This document shows, in pieces, positions 9,885-22,349 of a stretch of 64,000 bases of DNA. Source of the stretch: an uncultured Actinomycetota bacterium. Lineage in GTDB: Bacteria > Actinomycetota > Actinomycetes > CAVWCF01. The stretch covers positions 1,626,711-1,690,710 of the forward strand of contig CAVWCF010000001.1 of assembly GCA_963753435.1 (NCBI GenBank). The letters run 5' to 3'. Numbering within the stretch: the stretch's first letter is position 1; each line of letters opens with the position of its first letter. Below the pieces are notes generated by a model. It was not told where the DNA came from and searched no databases. It saw only the letters and a list, made by a program, of their open reading frames with translations. Made by a program: the position numbers and the translations under genes.

Positions 9885-11533
9885 GTCGGCGGCCTTTGCA
9901 GGATGTCGTCGGCGTCGATGATCCGGTACGCGTACCCCTGTTCGGCGAGGAACCGTTGCCGGTGCGCGGCGAAGTCCGCGTCAACGGTGTCGCGAGCCAC
10001 GACCGTGTAGAAGTGCGCGGTGCGCCCGTCGCCCTTGGGGCGCAGCACCCGGCCCAGGCGTTGCGCCTCTTCCTGGCGCGAGCCGAACGTTCCGGACACC
10101 TGGATGGCCACCGACGCCTCCGGCAGGTCCAGGGAGAAGTTGGCCACCTTGCTGACCACCAGCACCGGCAGATCACCATCGCGAAACGCGGCAAAGAGCG
10201 CCTGGCGCTGCTTCACGGGTGTCTCACCGGTGACGACCTCCGCGCCGAGTTCATCGGCGAGGTCGTGGAGTTGGTCCAGGTACTGACCGATCACCAGGAT
10301 CGGTTCGCCCTCGTGCTCGGCCAGCAGTTTGCGGACAACCGCCTTCTTGGTCGGGGTCGCCGCAGCCAGGCGGTAGCGCTCCTCCGGCTCGGACACCGCG
10401 TACGCCATCCGCTCGCCGTGCGGCAGCGTCACGCGCACCTCGACGCAGTCCGCCGGCGCGATCCAGCCCTGCGCCTCCATGTCCTTCCACGGCGCGTCGT
10501 ACCGCTTGGGGCCGATCAGGCTGAACACGTCGTCCTCGCGTCCGTCCTCGCGCACCAGCGTGGCGGTCAGTCCCAATCGCCGGCGCGACTGGATGTCGGC
10601 GGTGAACCGGAACACCGGTGCGGGCAGCAGGTGCACCTCGTCGTAGATGATCAGCCCCCAATCGCGCTCATCGAACAGCTCCAGGTGCCGGTAGACGCCT
10701 TTGCGACGGGTCGTCATCACTTGGTAGGTGGCGATGGTTACCGGGCGGATTTCCTTCTTCGCGCCGGAGTACTCGCCGATCTCCTCCTCCGTCAGCGAGG
10801 TCCGAGCCAGCAGCTCGTCGCGCCACTGCCGGGCGGCGACCGTGTTGGTGACCAGGATCAGCGTCGTCGCCTGCGCCAGCGCCATCGCCGCGGCACCAAC
10901 GATGGTCTTGCCCGCCCCACATGGCAGGACGACAACCCCGGAGCCGCCGTGCCAGAACGCCGCAGCGGCATCGCGTTGGTAGTCACGCACCTGCCAGCCG
11001 TCTTCGTTGAGACCGATCTCGTGCGCCTCGCCGTCGACGTAGCCGGCCAGGTCCTCGGCCGGCCAGCCCAGTTTGGTCAGCAGTTGCTTGATGGTGCCGC
11101 GTTCGGACCGGTGCACGATGACCGTGGCCTCGTCCACACGACCGCCGACGAGGGGTTGCACCTTCTTGTGCCGAAGCACTTCGGCCAGCACCGCCGGATC
11201 GGTGCTCTCCAGCACCAGCCCGTGCGCCGGGTGGTTGAGCAGGCGTAGCCGCCCGTAGCGCGCCATCGTCTCGGCGATGTCCACGAGCAGGGCATGCGGG
11301 ACCGGGTACCGCGAGTACTGCAACAGCGTGTCGACAACCTGCTCGGCGTCGTGCCCGGCGGCCCGCGCGTTCCACAGCGCCAACGGGGTGACGCGGTAGG
11401 AGTGCACGTGCTCGGGCGCCCGTTCCAGTTCGGCGAACGGCGCGATCGCGAGCCGGCAGTCGTCCGCCTGCGGGTGATCGACCTCAAGCAGCAGCGTCTT
11501 GTCGCTCTGCACGATCAGCGGCCCATCGGTCAT
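9881..11533 (-). CDS. ercc3: DNA repair helicase XPB (ERCC3 homolog, SF2 helicase)
   Basis: Walker A GAGKT, DEVH box, motif III TAT, helicase C motifs; overall XPB domain order including N-terminal damage-recognition-like region. Confidence 0.9.
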   Translation of the reverse strand: MTDGPLIVQSDKTLLLEVDHPQADDCRLAIAPFAELERAPEHVHSYRVTPLALWNARAAGHDAEQVVDTLLQYSRYPVPHALLVDIAETMARYGRLRLLNHPAHGLVLESTDPAVLAEVLRHKKVQPLVGGRVDEATVIVHRSERGTIKQLLTKLGWPAEDLAGYVDGEAHEIGLNEDGWQVRDYQRDAAAAFWHGGSGVVVLPCGAGKTIVGAAAMALAQATTLILVTNTVAARQWRDELLARTSLTEEEIGEYSGAKKEIRPVTIATYQVMTTRRKGVYRHLELFDERDWGLIIYDEVHLLPAPVFRFTADIQSRRRLGLTATLVREDGREDDVFSLIGPKRYDAPWKDMEAQGWIAPADCVEVRVTLPHGERMAYAVSEPEERYRLAAATPTKKAVVRKLLAEHEGEPILVIGQYLDQLHDLADELGAEVVTGETPVKQRQALFAAFRDGDLPVLVVSKVANFSLDLPEASVAIQVSGTFGSRQEEAQRLGRVLRPKGDGRTAHFYTVVARDTVDADFAAHRQRFLAEQGYAYRIIDADDILQRPPT

Positions 11534-11585
11534 GGCCGGGTCCCTTCGTTCTGCCGCCTGGCTACTGACGACCGTTGGTGTGACT

Positions 11586-13877
11586 TCATTCCGCCGCCCG
11601 CACCCCGGTGATCCGGTGCACGGCGAACGTGTGCACCTCGCCGCGGGCGTGGTCGAACCCGGTTAGCCACCCGGTGGCGACGCTAAGCGGGTCCACGGTT
11701 CGCTGCGAGGAGGCGCCGCCGTCGTCGACGTAACCCAACACGACTGTCTGTCCGGCGGAGGCGGCCGAACGTAACGCGGCCAGCACCTCCCGGGTGGCCA
11801 GCTTCGGGATCGCTCCGGCCGCGGCCGGACCGGCTATCCGCGGCGCCGCCTGGCTGGCGGCCGCCTTCTCGCCGGCACGCAACGCCCGGACTGCTGCGGC
11901 CAACAGTCGGTCATCGGGAGTGGCCGGCAGCGGCTGTGGTGGCGGCGGGCTGGCGCGTCGCGGCCGCCGACGCTGGCTGACCGGGATTCCGGCGAGGTCC
12001 TCCTCGACCGCCGACAGGCCCGCCTGGGCCAACGTTGCGGTCACGGTCTCGGGATCCTCCGGTGTGGCCAGGACATTGGCCGACAGCCTGCGTAGCCGCA
12101 GACCCGCGGCGGCCGGGCTGGCCAGTAGTTGCGCCAGGGCCGCCTCGTCATCACTGCGGATCACCGCGCCGACGGCGCCGACCCGCACGGCGCCGTGGCG
12201 GCGCGCGGCGTCCGAAACCAGATAGGTGAGGGCCTGCGGCACCTCCGTGCGGCTGCTGGCGGTCAGGAAGGCTTGGATCTCCGCGCCGCTGCGGCCGGCA
12301 TCCAAACCGCGGCGCAGTGACGCCTCGGTGAACCGGAACACCGTTGCGCCGCCGGTGGACTCCAGGTCGGCCAACAGCGACAACTCCCGGCGCAATTCGC
12401 TCGTCGGCGGCCCGGGGACCACAGCCGTCAGATCCGCCTGCAGCAGGAAGTGGTTCAGCGGCGTCGGCCAGGACCCGGCCAGCGCATCCGCCGCCGGCTC
12501 CGGGTCGTCCTGGACCAGCAACCGCGCGGCGGTACTCAATGACCCCGAGGCAGCCACACCCAACCGTTGGGCCTCCTCGAAGACCGCGGCCACCAAGTCA
12601 CCCCGGAAACCAGCCGGCCGTCGCGGCAGCACCCAGGCCACCCGCTCGACCAGCGAATCCGCATCGGTGATCGACCCCGGCGGCAGAGCCGCCCATTCCA
12701 GCAACGCCGTGGTGCGCACCAGGGGAGCGGCCGGCCGCTCCAGGGCGTCGGCCAGGGCGCTGATGGCCCGACCGCGGGCGTCCTCGGTGCCGACCAGGCC
12801 CGGTGGCCGGGTCGAGTGCAGCCAGCCGGTCGCCAGGTCCAACCAGCGCCGCTCCGGGGCCCGCGTCAGCCAAAGGTCGTATTGCGTGGTCGGTCGCCAC
12901 TCGTCACCGTCGACACCGAGCAGGCCCGCGGCTCGAGCAGCCTCGGCCAGCAGCACCACGGTGCTCTCATCGACGTCCAGGCCGGTCGCGGCGCGGCGCA
13001 GGTCGCGGACCCCAACCCCGCCGGAGCGCAGGAGCCCCGGCGGATCCTCCGCGAAGGAGGCCAGGAGGTCCTCAGCCAGCCGCACCACCTCCAGCGCCCT
13101 GGCCGCCGCCTCGGCGTCCACGTCTGCGGCCCTTCGGGTGGTGAGCGCCTGCCATGTTGGTTCGGTCCCGGCGACGCGCACGACCCCGTCCCGCAGGTGC
13201 AGCCCTACCTCGCGCGGCAGGACGATGACATCCGGGCCGGTGCGGACCGCCAAGTGGTTGGCGACCAGCCAACCGCCGGGGGAGTCCGGGTCGTCCAGGG
13301 CGCGGCCGCGGCCCGTGGGCGGACCGTCGGCCAGGCGCCGCAGCAGGGCGATCGCCGCCTCCGGTGCGCCGACCAGCGCCGCCTCAACCCCCGCCGGCTC
13401 GAGCGCGGTGACGCCCAACCGATTGGCGGCAGGTCCCAGGCCGCACGGATGCGAGCCAACGGCCTCGATCACCCCGACCAGCGGACGCAGCCGGTCGCCG
13501 TCGCGGACCACGAGCCCCAGGTGCTGGAGTCGGTTCAGGCAATCGCGCACCGCCGTGACGGCCGGACCGCGCGACCCGGCGCCTTTTGATGGTAGGCCCA
13601 TCGCCTCGGTCAGACCGGCCCAAGTAGCGGCGTCGCCGAGGACGACCAGCACCTCCGCGACGTCCAGCTGCAGGCGGTCCAGAGTGTCGAGCGCGCGTGC
13701 CGCCGACGCTGCCGACGCAGCTCGTCGGGCCAGCGCCGCCAGGGAGGCCGGCATCGGCGTCAGCAGGTCCGGGCGGTCGGCCAGCAACGAGGCCAGCCCG
13801 TCGTCGTCGCGGCCACGGAGGTCGTCCAGCAGCAACTCGACCGCGGTCGACGGCGAGACGGAAGTGGACATCCGCAT
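11586..13877 (-). CDS. conserved XPB-associated protein (helicase-associated domain protein, mycobacterial Rv0862c-like); start uncertain (ORF extends to 14075)
   Basis: Large Ala/Arg-rich conserved actinobacterial ORF immediately upstream of and co-directional with XPB, as in mycobacteria. Confidence 0.7.
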   Translation of the reverse strand: MRMSTSVSPSTAVELLLDDLRGRDDDGLASLLADRPDLLTPMPASLAALARRAASAASAARALDTLDRLQLDVAEVLVVLGDAATWAGLTEAMGLPSKGAGSRGPAVTAVRDCLNRLQHLGLVVRDGDRLRPLVGVIEAVGSHPCGLGPAANRLGVTALEPAGVEAALVGAPEAAIALLRRLADGPPTGRGRALDDPDSPGGWLVANHLAVRTGPDVIVLPREVGLHLRDGVVRVAGTEPTWQALTTRRAADVDAEAAARALEVVRLAEDLLASFAEDPPGLLRSGGVGVRDLRRAATGLDVDESTVVLLAEAARAAGLLGVDGDEWRPTTQYDLWLTRAPERRWLDLATGWLHSTRPPGLVGTEDARGRAISALADALERPAAPLVRTTALLEWAALPPGSITDADSLVERVAWVLPRRPAGFRGDLVAAVFEEAQRLGVAASGSLSTAARLLVQDDPEPAADALAGSWPTPLNHFLLQADLTAVVPGPPTSELRRELSLLADLESTGGATVFRFTEASLRRGLDAGRSGAEIQAFLTASSRTEVPQALTYLVSDAARRHGAVRVGAVGAVIRSDDEAALAQLLASPAAAGLRLRRLSANVLATPEDPETVTATLAQAGLSAVEEDLAGIPVSQRRRPRRASPPPPQPLPATPDDRLLAAAVRALRAGEKAAASQAAPRIAGPAAAGAIPKLATREVLAALRSAASAGQTVVLGYVDDGGASSQRTVDPLSVATGWLTGFDHARGEVHTFAVHRITGVRAAE

Positions 13878-13988
13878 CACGCTACCGGCGTACCGGTGCC
13901 AACGCAGAATCGGTTTGATCGCCGCGACTGGCCGCTCCGCTGCCGATCGCGGTCTACCCTGGGCCGCTGCTGACGACAGGGGGATGAC

Positions 13989-14372
13989 GTGCCCACCGGC
14001 AAGGTGAAGTGGTTCGACGCCGAAAAGGGATTCGGCTTCCTCGCCAACGATGAGGGCGGGGATGTGTATGTGCACGCCTCCGCGCTGCCGGAGGGCACCC
14101 CGGCGCTGCGCCCAGGCGCCCGGGTGGAGTTCGGCATCGCCGCGGGGCGCAAGGGGGATCAGGCGCTGAGCGTGCGGGTGCTGGACGCTCCGCCGTCCCT
14201 GGCCGAAGCCAACCGGCGCGACCCCGAGGACATGGCCGCGGTCATCGAGGATCTGATCAAGGTTCTGGAACGCATCGGCGGCAGCCTGCGGCGGGGCCGG
14301 TACCCGGCCAGCATCGAGGCCAGCCGCGTCGCCTCGGTGCTGCGCGCAGTCGCCGACGACCTGGACGCCTGA
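13989..14372 (+). CDS. cspB: cold-shock domain protein with C-terminal extension (CspB-like)
   Basis: GKVKWFDAEKGFGFL / VYVHASAL motifs plus about 60-aa C-terminal tail. Confidence 0.85.
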   Translation: MPTGKVKWFDAEKGFGFLANDEGGDVYVHASALPEGTPALRPGARVEFGIAAGRKGDQALSVRVLDAPPSLAEANRRDPEDMAAVIEDLIKVLERIGGSLRRGRYPASIEASRVASVLRAVADDLDA

Positions 14373-14395
14373 CCGGCGCCGTACCCTGGGTCCTG

Positions 14396-15151
14396 ATGAA
14401 CGCGACAGAAACCGTGGACAAGGTCTGCGCGGCCGCCGTGGAGGTGGCTCGGCAGGGGCTGATCGACGCCGGCGTGGACAGCGTCGGCGAGCACCTCGGC
14501 GTCCTCGCTGACGGAGATCGCGCCGCCACCCACCTGTTCGCGTGCACCGATCGCGGCTACCCGGGCTGGACCTGGTCGGTCACGGTGGTTCGGCCGCCGC
14601 GCGGCCGTACCGCGACAGTGGCGGAGTCGTGCCTGCTGCCCGGCACCGATGCAGTACTGGCTCCCGCCTGGGTGCCCTGGTCGGAGCGGCTGCAGCCCGG
14701 CGACTTGGGCGTCGGAGACGTCCTGCCCGCCCCGGATGGCGACCCGCGACTGGCACCGGGCTGGTCCGGCGCCGACGACTTGGCCGAAGGCGAACTCGAC
14801 CAGGTGCGTTCGATCGTCTGGGAGGCCGGGCTGGACCGACGGCGCGTCCTGAGCCTGGACGGGCTGTACTTGGCCGCCGACCGGTGGGTCAACTCCGAGC
14901 ACGGGCCGGATGCGGCCGTCGCGCAAGCGGCGCCGGGGCAGTGCGGCACCTGCGGGTTCCGCGTCGCGATCAATGGCCTGCTGGGTCAGGCGTTCGGGTT
15001 GTGCGCCAACGAGTACTCACCCAGTGACGGCTCGATCGTGTCCCTGGACCATGGCTGCGGCGCCCACTCCGAGGCCAGCACCACCTCCGGCGTGCCCGTC
15101 ACCGAGACGGCGTGGGACAGCACCGGGTTCGACGAGTTGGGTCACGCCTGA
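14396..15151 (+). CDS. DUF3027 domain protein
   Basis: Conserved actinobacterial protein with CGTCGF motif near C-terminus. Confidence 0.65.
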   Translation: MNATETVDKVCAAAVEVARQGLIDAGVDSVGEHLGVLADGDRAATHLFACTDRGYPGWTWSVTVVRPPRGRTATVAESCLLPGTDAVLAPAWVPWSERLQPGDLGVGDVLPAPDGDPRLAPGWSGADDLAEGELDQVRSIVWEAGLDRRRVLSLDGLYLAADRWVNSEHGPDAAVAQAAPGQCGTCGFRVAINGLLGQAFGLCANEYSPSDGSIVSLDHGCGAHSEASTTSGVPVTETAWDSTGFDELGHA

Positions 15152-15161
15152 CCCGTACCAG

Positions 15162-15368
15162 CTAGCGGCGCCGGTCCCGGCGGCGCAGTGCGTAGCCGAA
15201 CCCGAAGATGCCCAAGCCGATTCCCACTAGGCACGTGGTCACCCACCACGACCGGTCGGCGTTGAGGTAGTCCCCGGCCAGCAGCCCGATTAGGACGAGC
15301 GTCCAAACGACGGTGCCGACGAGGAACGGGACGGCTCCGTCGGACTGCCACGATTCGGGCTCATGCAC
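15162..15368 (-). CDS. small membrane protein (DUF2530-like)
   Basis: 68-aa ORF with two TM helices and basic C-terminus. Confidence 0.5.
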   Translation of the reverse strand: MHEPESWQSDGAVPFLVGTVVWTLVLIGLLAGDYLNADRSWWVTTCLVGIGLGIFGFGYALRRRDRRR

Positions 15369-15415
15369 GCCTTCAGCGTAGGTGCTGCGACCTTCGCCGG
15401 TGGGATGCTCGGGCC

Positions 15416-15955
15416 GTGCGCTTGTTCGCCGCGGTGTGGCCCACCGAAGAAGTGCGCGCGGCGATCTCCGCGACCGTGCTGCGAATGCGTAAGGAACCCG
15501 CTGCGGCTGACTGGCGGTGGGTGCGACCGGAGCATTGGCACGTGACCGTGGCGTTCTACGGAACTGTCACCGAGTCGCAGTTGCCCGAGTTGATTCGGCG
15601 GTTGGAGTTGGCCGGTCGCCGCCGGTCTCGCTTCGAACTGGAGTTGGGACACCCCGGCCACTTCGGTGACCGCGTTGTCTGGCTCGGCCTCGACGGCGAC
15701 CGGGACGCGCTGCGGCGCCTGGCCGAAGGTGCGGCCGCAGCCGGCCGCCGGGCTGGGGTGGAGCTGGATTCGCGGCGGTTTCGCCCGCATCTGACGTTGG
15801 CGCGCAGCCGCCACGGCGGGGACGCCGCCCGCCTGCTCACGGTCGCGGTGCCCGCGCTCTCCTGGCCGGTGGACACCTTTGCCTTGGTGCAGTCGCGCAC
15901 CGGGCCTCGGGTGCAGTACGACGCACTTGCCGAGTTCGGTCTGAGCGGCGGCTAG
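15416..15955 (+). CDS. thpR: RNA 2',3'-cyclic phosphodiesterase (2H phosphoesterase, ThpR/LigT)
   Basis: Two HxT/S motifs (HVTV, HLTL) with appropriate spacing. Confidence 0.8.
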   Translation: MRLFAAVWPTEEVRAAISATVLRMRKEPAAADWRWVRPEHWHVTVAFYGTVTESQLPELIRRLELAGRRRSRFELELGHPGHFGDRVVWLGLDGDRDALRRLAEGAAAAGRRAGVELDSRRFRPHLTLARSRHGGDAARLLTVAVPALSWPVDTFALVQSRTGPRVQYDALAEFGLSGG

Positions 15956-16075
15956 CCTCGCTGATCGTGGATCCCCGAACCCGGCGCTGGTTGGTCCCGC
16001 TACTGCTGGTGGGGTTGCTGGTCGTGGTCGTCATCGCGGCGGTGAGTTAGTGACGACCGGACCGGCTGGGCGCTG

Positions 16076-17086
16076 ATGGGCGTGCTCGCACCGGTCGCAC
16101 TGGCCGGGATGTTGGCCCTGGCGGCCGTCATCAATCCGGGGCCGGAACTGGCCGGGTCGGTCGATCGGGTGCTGTCGGACCCGGCGATCACCGAGTCCAG
16201 CGGACTGGCGCTCAGCGCACGTTTCCCAGGTGTTCTGTACACACACAACGACTCCGACGGTGACCCGGTCGTGTTCGCCGTCGACACCTCCGGCACCACG
16301 GTGGCGCGGCTGAATCTGGCCGACGCGCCGGCCCGGGATTGGGAAGCGATGGCGGCCGGAAGCCAAGCAGGCGTTCCGGTGCTCTGGGTTGCCGACATCG
16401 GCGACAACATCTCCGGCTGGGAGTCGGTGCGACTGCTCAAGTTCACCGAACCGGCAGAGCTGACCGACCAATCCGTGCAGTGGGAGCGGTTCGACCTCGT
16501 CTACCCGGACGGCCCGCACAACGCCGAAACGTTGCTGCTGCACCCGGACGGCCGGATGTGGATTGTCACGAAGGAGGCGTCCGGGCCGGGCATCTACGCC
16601 GTGCCGCAGCCGCTGCGAGCCGGCGCGACCAACCAGTTGACCCGGGTCGCCGAGGCTCCTACTGGAGTAACCGACGGCGCAATCGACGCGGCCGGACGAG
16701 TGGTACTGGTCGACTACGTGTACGCCTACACCGCCGACTCGATCGACGGCCCGTGGGTGCGTTCGCCGTTGCCGTTCCGCCCCCAAGGGGAATCGGTGAC
16801 ATGGGACGGCGCGGACCTGCTGGTGGGCAGCGAAGGCGGCAACTCCGAGGTGTTGCGGATCTCGACCGAGCCCCTCGATGGCGCGGCGGCCGACTCGTCG
16901 ACGCCGCCGGCAACCGACAGCAACGGCGCCGCACCCGCGCCCGGAGCGGCCACGGGGACGGGCGGTGGCTTGCCCGGGTGGGCGCCGTGGGCGGTTGGTG
17001 CCGCCGTGGGCACGCTGGTCGCCGTGGTCCTGATTCGCCAGCGTCGCGACGACCAGCAGTCGGCGCCGCGTACTGACGCCGACTGA
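16076..17086 (+). CDS. secreted beta-propeller-like hypothetical protein with C-terminal TM anchor
   Basis: Signal peptide, repetitive beta-rich body, Ala/Gly/Pro-rich linker then TM helix and RRDD tail. Confidence 0.55.
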   Translation: MGVLAPVALAGMLALAAVINPGPELAGSVDRVLSDPAITESSGLALSARFPGVLYTHNDSDGDPVVFAVDTSGTTVARLNLADAPARDWEAMAAGSQAGVPVLWVADIGDNISGWESVRLLKFTEPAELTDQSVQWERFDLVYPDGPHNAETLLLHPDGRMWIVTKEASGPGIYAVPQPLRAGATNQLTRVAEAPTGVTDGAIDAAGRVVLVDYVYAYTADSIDGPWVRSPLPFRPQGESVTWDGADLLVGSEGGNSEVLRISTEPLDGAAADSSTPPATDSNGAAPAPGAATGTGGGLPGWAPWAVGAAVGTLVAVVLIRQRRDDQQSAPRTDAD

Positions 17087-17092
17087 CCGTTC

Positions 17093-19409
<2,317 letters not shown>

Positions 19410-19523
19410 CTGGCGGCTCCTTGAACGGTCGAATCGGCGCTCACACTACTTGCGGTCCCGGGACGGCCAGATCGGGGACCTTCGCCCACTGCGGGCACCT
19501 GGGTTCTGCGGCAGAGTCCGGCC

Positions 19524-20093
19524 ATGGCGGGAGAACGCAGGTACTGGTGGGTGGTGCTGGTCGCAGGTGTCGTGGGGGTCGCGGCCACGATCACCCAGAT
19601 CGTCGAGCGCATCACCTTGGCCAAGGACCCCGACGCGGAGTTGGTCTGCGACTTCAGCAGCACCGTCAGCTGTGGCGGCGTGCTGACCGCCTGGCAGAGC
19701 TCGGCGTTGGGCATCCCGAACGCCACTATCGGATTGGCCGTCTTCGCCTTCTTCACGTCCGCGGCGGTATCGGGGCTGCTGGGCAGCCAGGTGTCCAGGG
19801 CGTTCCGGTACGTGCTGGTCGGCCTCGCGCTGTTCATGCTGGCGTTCACGCTCTGGTTCCTGTTCCAGTCGACGTTCGTCTTGAACGCGGTCTGCGTCTA
19901 CTGCCTGGCGATCGGGCTGGCGGTCGTGTCAACGAACTTCGCCGCCCTGCGGTTGCTGGTGGCCGACGGCGGCCTCGACCGGGGCGGGGTCGTCGGGTTC
20001 GGGCGTCGGTTCGTGACCAGCGGCGACGACCGCTGGTTGTGGCTGGCGCTGGTGGTCGGCATCGGCGCGGCGATGTTCCTAGTGCTTAGCTGA
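19524..20093 (+). CDS. vitamin K epoxide reductase (VKOR) family protein
   Basis: TM protein with CxxxxxxC loop pair and CVYC active-site motif. Confidence 0.8.
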   Translation: MAGERRYWWVVLVAGVVGVAATITQIVERITLAKDPDAELVCDFSSTVSCGGVLTAWQSSALGIPNATIGLAVFAFFTSAAVSGLLGSQVSRAFRYVLVGLALFMLAFTLWFLFQSTFVLNAVCVYCLAIGLAVVSTNFAALRLLVADGGLDRGGVVGFGRRFVTSGDDRWLWLALVVGIGAAMFLVLS

Positions 20094-20135
20094 ACCGTCG
20101 TGCGCTGTCGTCGGCCACCGTGCTAGGAACAGGTC

Positions 20136-20774
20136 GTGACCGACTTCGATGCGATGCGGCGGCAGTACGCCGACGAGGGGCTGGACGAGTCGGCGCTGTC
20201 GCCCGACCCGCTGGCGCAGGTGGGGCTGTGGCTGACCGAGGCGATCGACGCCGGTGTCCGTGAGCCGAACGCAATGGTTCTGGCAACCGCCTCACCGGAC
20301 GGTCGGCCCAGTGCCCGCACGGTGTTGCTCAAGGAGCTGGACCAGCGCGGTTTGGTCTTCTATACGAACCTGGGGTCGGCCAAGTCCAGTCAACTGATCG
20401 CTAATCCGCGCGCTGCGGTGGTCTTCACTTGGATCCCGCTGGAACGGCAGGTGCGCGCGTCCGGGCACGTTGAGGCGATCAGCGACGCCGAGGCGGACGC
20501 CTACTTCGCATCCCGACCGCGGGAGGCGCAACTCGGCGCCTGGGCCAGCCCCCAGTCGCGGCCGATCCCCGACCGGGAGTGGCTGCTGGATCAGGTCGCC
20601 AAGATCGAGTCGCGCTTCGGTGACCAGCCGCTGCCCCGGCCGGAGACCTGGGGCGGCTGGCGGGTCGTGCCGGACGAAGTCGAGGTTTGGCAGGGCCGTG
20701 CGCATCGCCTGCACGACCGCATCCGCTACCGACGGCAGGGTGAGGTCTGGCTGCGCGACCGGCTCGCTCCGTGA
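20136..20774 (+). CDS. pdxH: pyridoxamine 5'-phosphate oxidase
   Basis: PdxH hallmark segments (NAMVLATA..., RTVLLKE..., FYTN..., C-terminal WQGRAHRLHDR). Confidence 0.9.
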   Translation: MTDFDAMRRQYADEGLDESALSPDPLAQVGLWLTEAIDAGVREPNAMVLATASPDGRPSARTVLLKELDQRGLVFYTNLGSAKSSQLIANPRAAVVFTWIPLERQVRASGHVEAISDAEADAYFASRPREAQLGAWASPQSRPIPDREWLLDQVAKIESRFGDQPLPRPETWGGWRVVPDEVEVWQGRAHRLHDRIRYRRQGEVWLRDRLAP

Positions 20775-22039
20775 GTGGCGGCTTTCGCCGCATCAGCAGG
20801 ACCGTGGTCGCCGATGTGCGGCCGTTGCGCGCCTCCCGCGCCTTCCGCCGGCTCTGGGTGGGCGGCACCGTGTCCAACCTCGGGCAGCAGATGGCCACCG
20901 TCGCGGTGGCCATCCAGGTGTTCGACATCACCGGCAGTTCATTGGCCGTTGGGCTGCTGGGTGCCTTCGGGGTCGTGCCCTTGGTGGTGTTCGGCCTCTA
21001 CGGCGGTTCCATCGCCGACGCATTCGATCGACGACTCGTGCTCCTGGTCGCCTCCGCCGGGATGGCGGTCTGCAGCGTCGTGCTCGCCGTCCAGGCGCTG
21101 GCCGGATGGGGCCAGGTCTGGGTCCTGTACGCGGTGGTGGCTGCGCAGTCGGGCTTCTTCGCAGTAACCAACCCCGCGCGGCAGGCGATCATCCCGCGGC
21201 TCATCGGCGACGAGATGCTCCCGGCCGCCAATGCCCTGCAGCAGGTCACGTGGAATCTCGGTTTCACGGTGGGGCCGCTGCTGGGCGGCGCGCTGATCGC
21301 CATCACCGGCGACGTGACCGTTGCCTACCTGGTCGACGTGGCCACGTTCGGTGCGGCGCTGTATGCGGTGTACCGCCTGCCTTCAGTGGCGCCGGAGCGC
21401 CACGATGGCGAGCAGCAGCGCGCCGGATGGGCGGCGGTCGCTGAGGGGTTGTCGTTCCTGCGCGGCAAGAAGAACCTGCTCATGACGTTCCTGGTCGACC
21501 TCAACGCCATGATCTTCGGGATGCCGCGAGCGCTGTTCCCGGCGATCGCCGGCGCTTTCTACGGCGGCGGGGCTGTTGTCGTCGGTGCGCTGAGCGCGGC
21601 GCCCGCCGTCGGCGCCCTGCTGGCCGCGGTCTTCTCCGGCACTTTGGGCCGGGTCCGGATGCAGGGCCGCGCTGTGCTGATCTCGGTAGTCGTCTGGGGC
21701 ACCGCGATCGCACTGTTCGGTGCCACGAACATCCTGTGGGTCGGCCTGTTGTTCCTCGCGATCGCCGGGGCGGCGGACATGGTCAGCGCGGTGTTCCGGT
21801 CCACGATCCTGCAGGTGGCCACCCCGGACGCGCTGCGTGGCCGGCTGCAAGGGGTATTCATCGTGGTGGTGGCCGGCGGTCCCCGCCTCGGCGACGTGGA
21901 GTCCGGTGTCGTTGCGGAATGGTTCGGCGAACGGGTGTCGGTGATCTCCGGGGGCGTCATCTGTGTGCTCGGTGTCTTCGCGCTTGCGGCACTGTTCCCG
22001 GCGTTCGCGCGCTACGACGCCCGGGACCCGCAGCCCTAG
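20771..22039 (+). CDS. MFS transporter (EntS/DHA3-like)
   Basis: 12 predicted TM helices, MFS loop motifs; GTGA overlap with pdxH stop. Confidence 0.85.
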   Translation: MSGGFRRISRTVVADVRPLRASRAFRRLWVGGTVSNLGQQMATVAVAIQVFDITGSSLAVGLLGAFGVVPLVVFGLYGGSIADAFDRRLVLLVASAGMAVCSVVLAVQALAGWGQVWVLYAVVAAQSGFFAVTNPARQAIIPRLIGDEMLPAANALQQVTWNLGFTVGPLLGGALIAITGDVTVAYLVDVATFGAALYAVYRLPSVAPERHDGEQQRAGWAAVAEGLSFLRGKKNLLMTFLVDLNAMIFGMPRALFPAIAGAFYGGGAVVVGALSAAPAVGALLAAVFSGTLGRVRMQGRAVLISVVVWGTAIALFGATNILWVGLLFLAIAGAADMVSAVFRSTILQVATPDALRGRLQGVFIVVVAGGPRLGDVESGVVAEWFGERVSVISGGVICVLGVFALAALFPAFARYDARDPQP

Positions 22040-22043
22040 CCGG

Positions 22044-22349
22044 CTACTTGTGACGCTTCTTGCTCCCCTTGCCGTCCTTCTTCTTCGCCTTGGCGTCCTT
22101 GTTCTTCTTGTCGTCCTTGTTGCGCGGCTTCAGCTTTCGCTTCTTGTCGCGTTCCTTCTTCTTGCTCTTGGTCTTGCCTGACTTCAGGTTCGGGTCGAGT
22201 TGCGGTGGCAGGGGGATGAGGGCCGCATCCGGTGCGGTCTCCACATCTGCCGCCTTCGGCCACGTGTCGCTGACCACTGTCGGTACCGGGACCGCGGCCG
22301 ACCACTGTCCCTCCGTGTAGCGCAGCGCCGGTTTCGGTTGCGGGTTCAC
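22044..22349 (-). CDS. small basic lysine-rich protein (about 101 aa, C-terminal KKxK/KDxK repeats), translationally coupled to ParA-like gene
   Basis: GTG overlapping the ParA stop (GTGA at 22346-22349); coding-like GC3; histone-H1-like K-rich tail. Confidence 0.45.
   Translation of the reverse strand: MNPQPKPALRYTEGQWSAAVPVPTVVSDTWPKAADVETAPDAALIPLPPQLDPNLKSGKTKSKKKERDKKRKLKPRNKDDKKNKDAKAKKKDGKGSKKRHK

Noticed and set aside
22060-22200. Short-period nucleotide repeats (CTTCTT/CTTGTC units) as possible CRISPR or satellite
   Set aside because: They are the antisense of lysine codon runs in the K-rich protein; no spacer/repeat architecture
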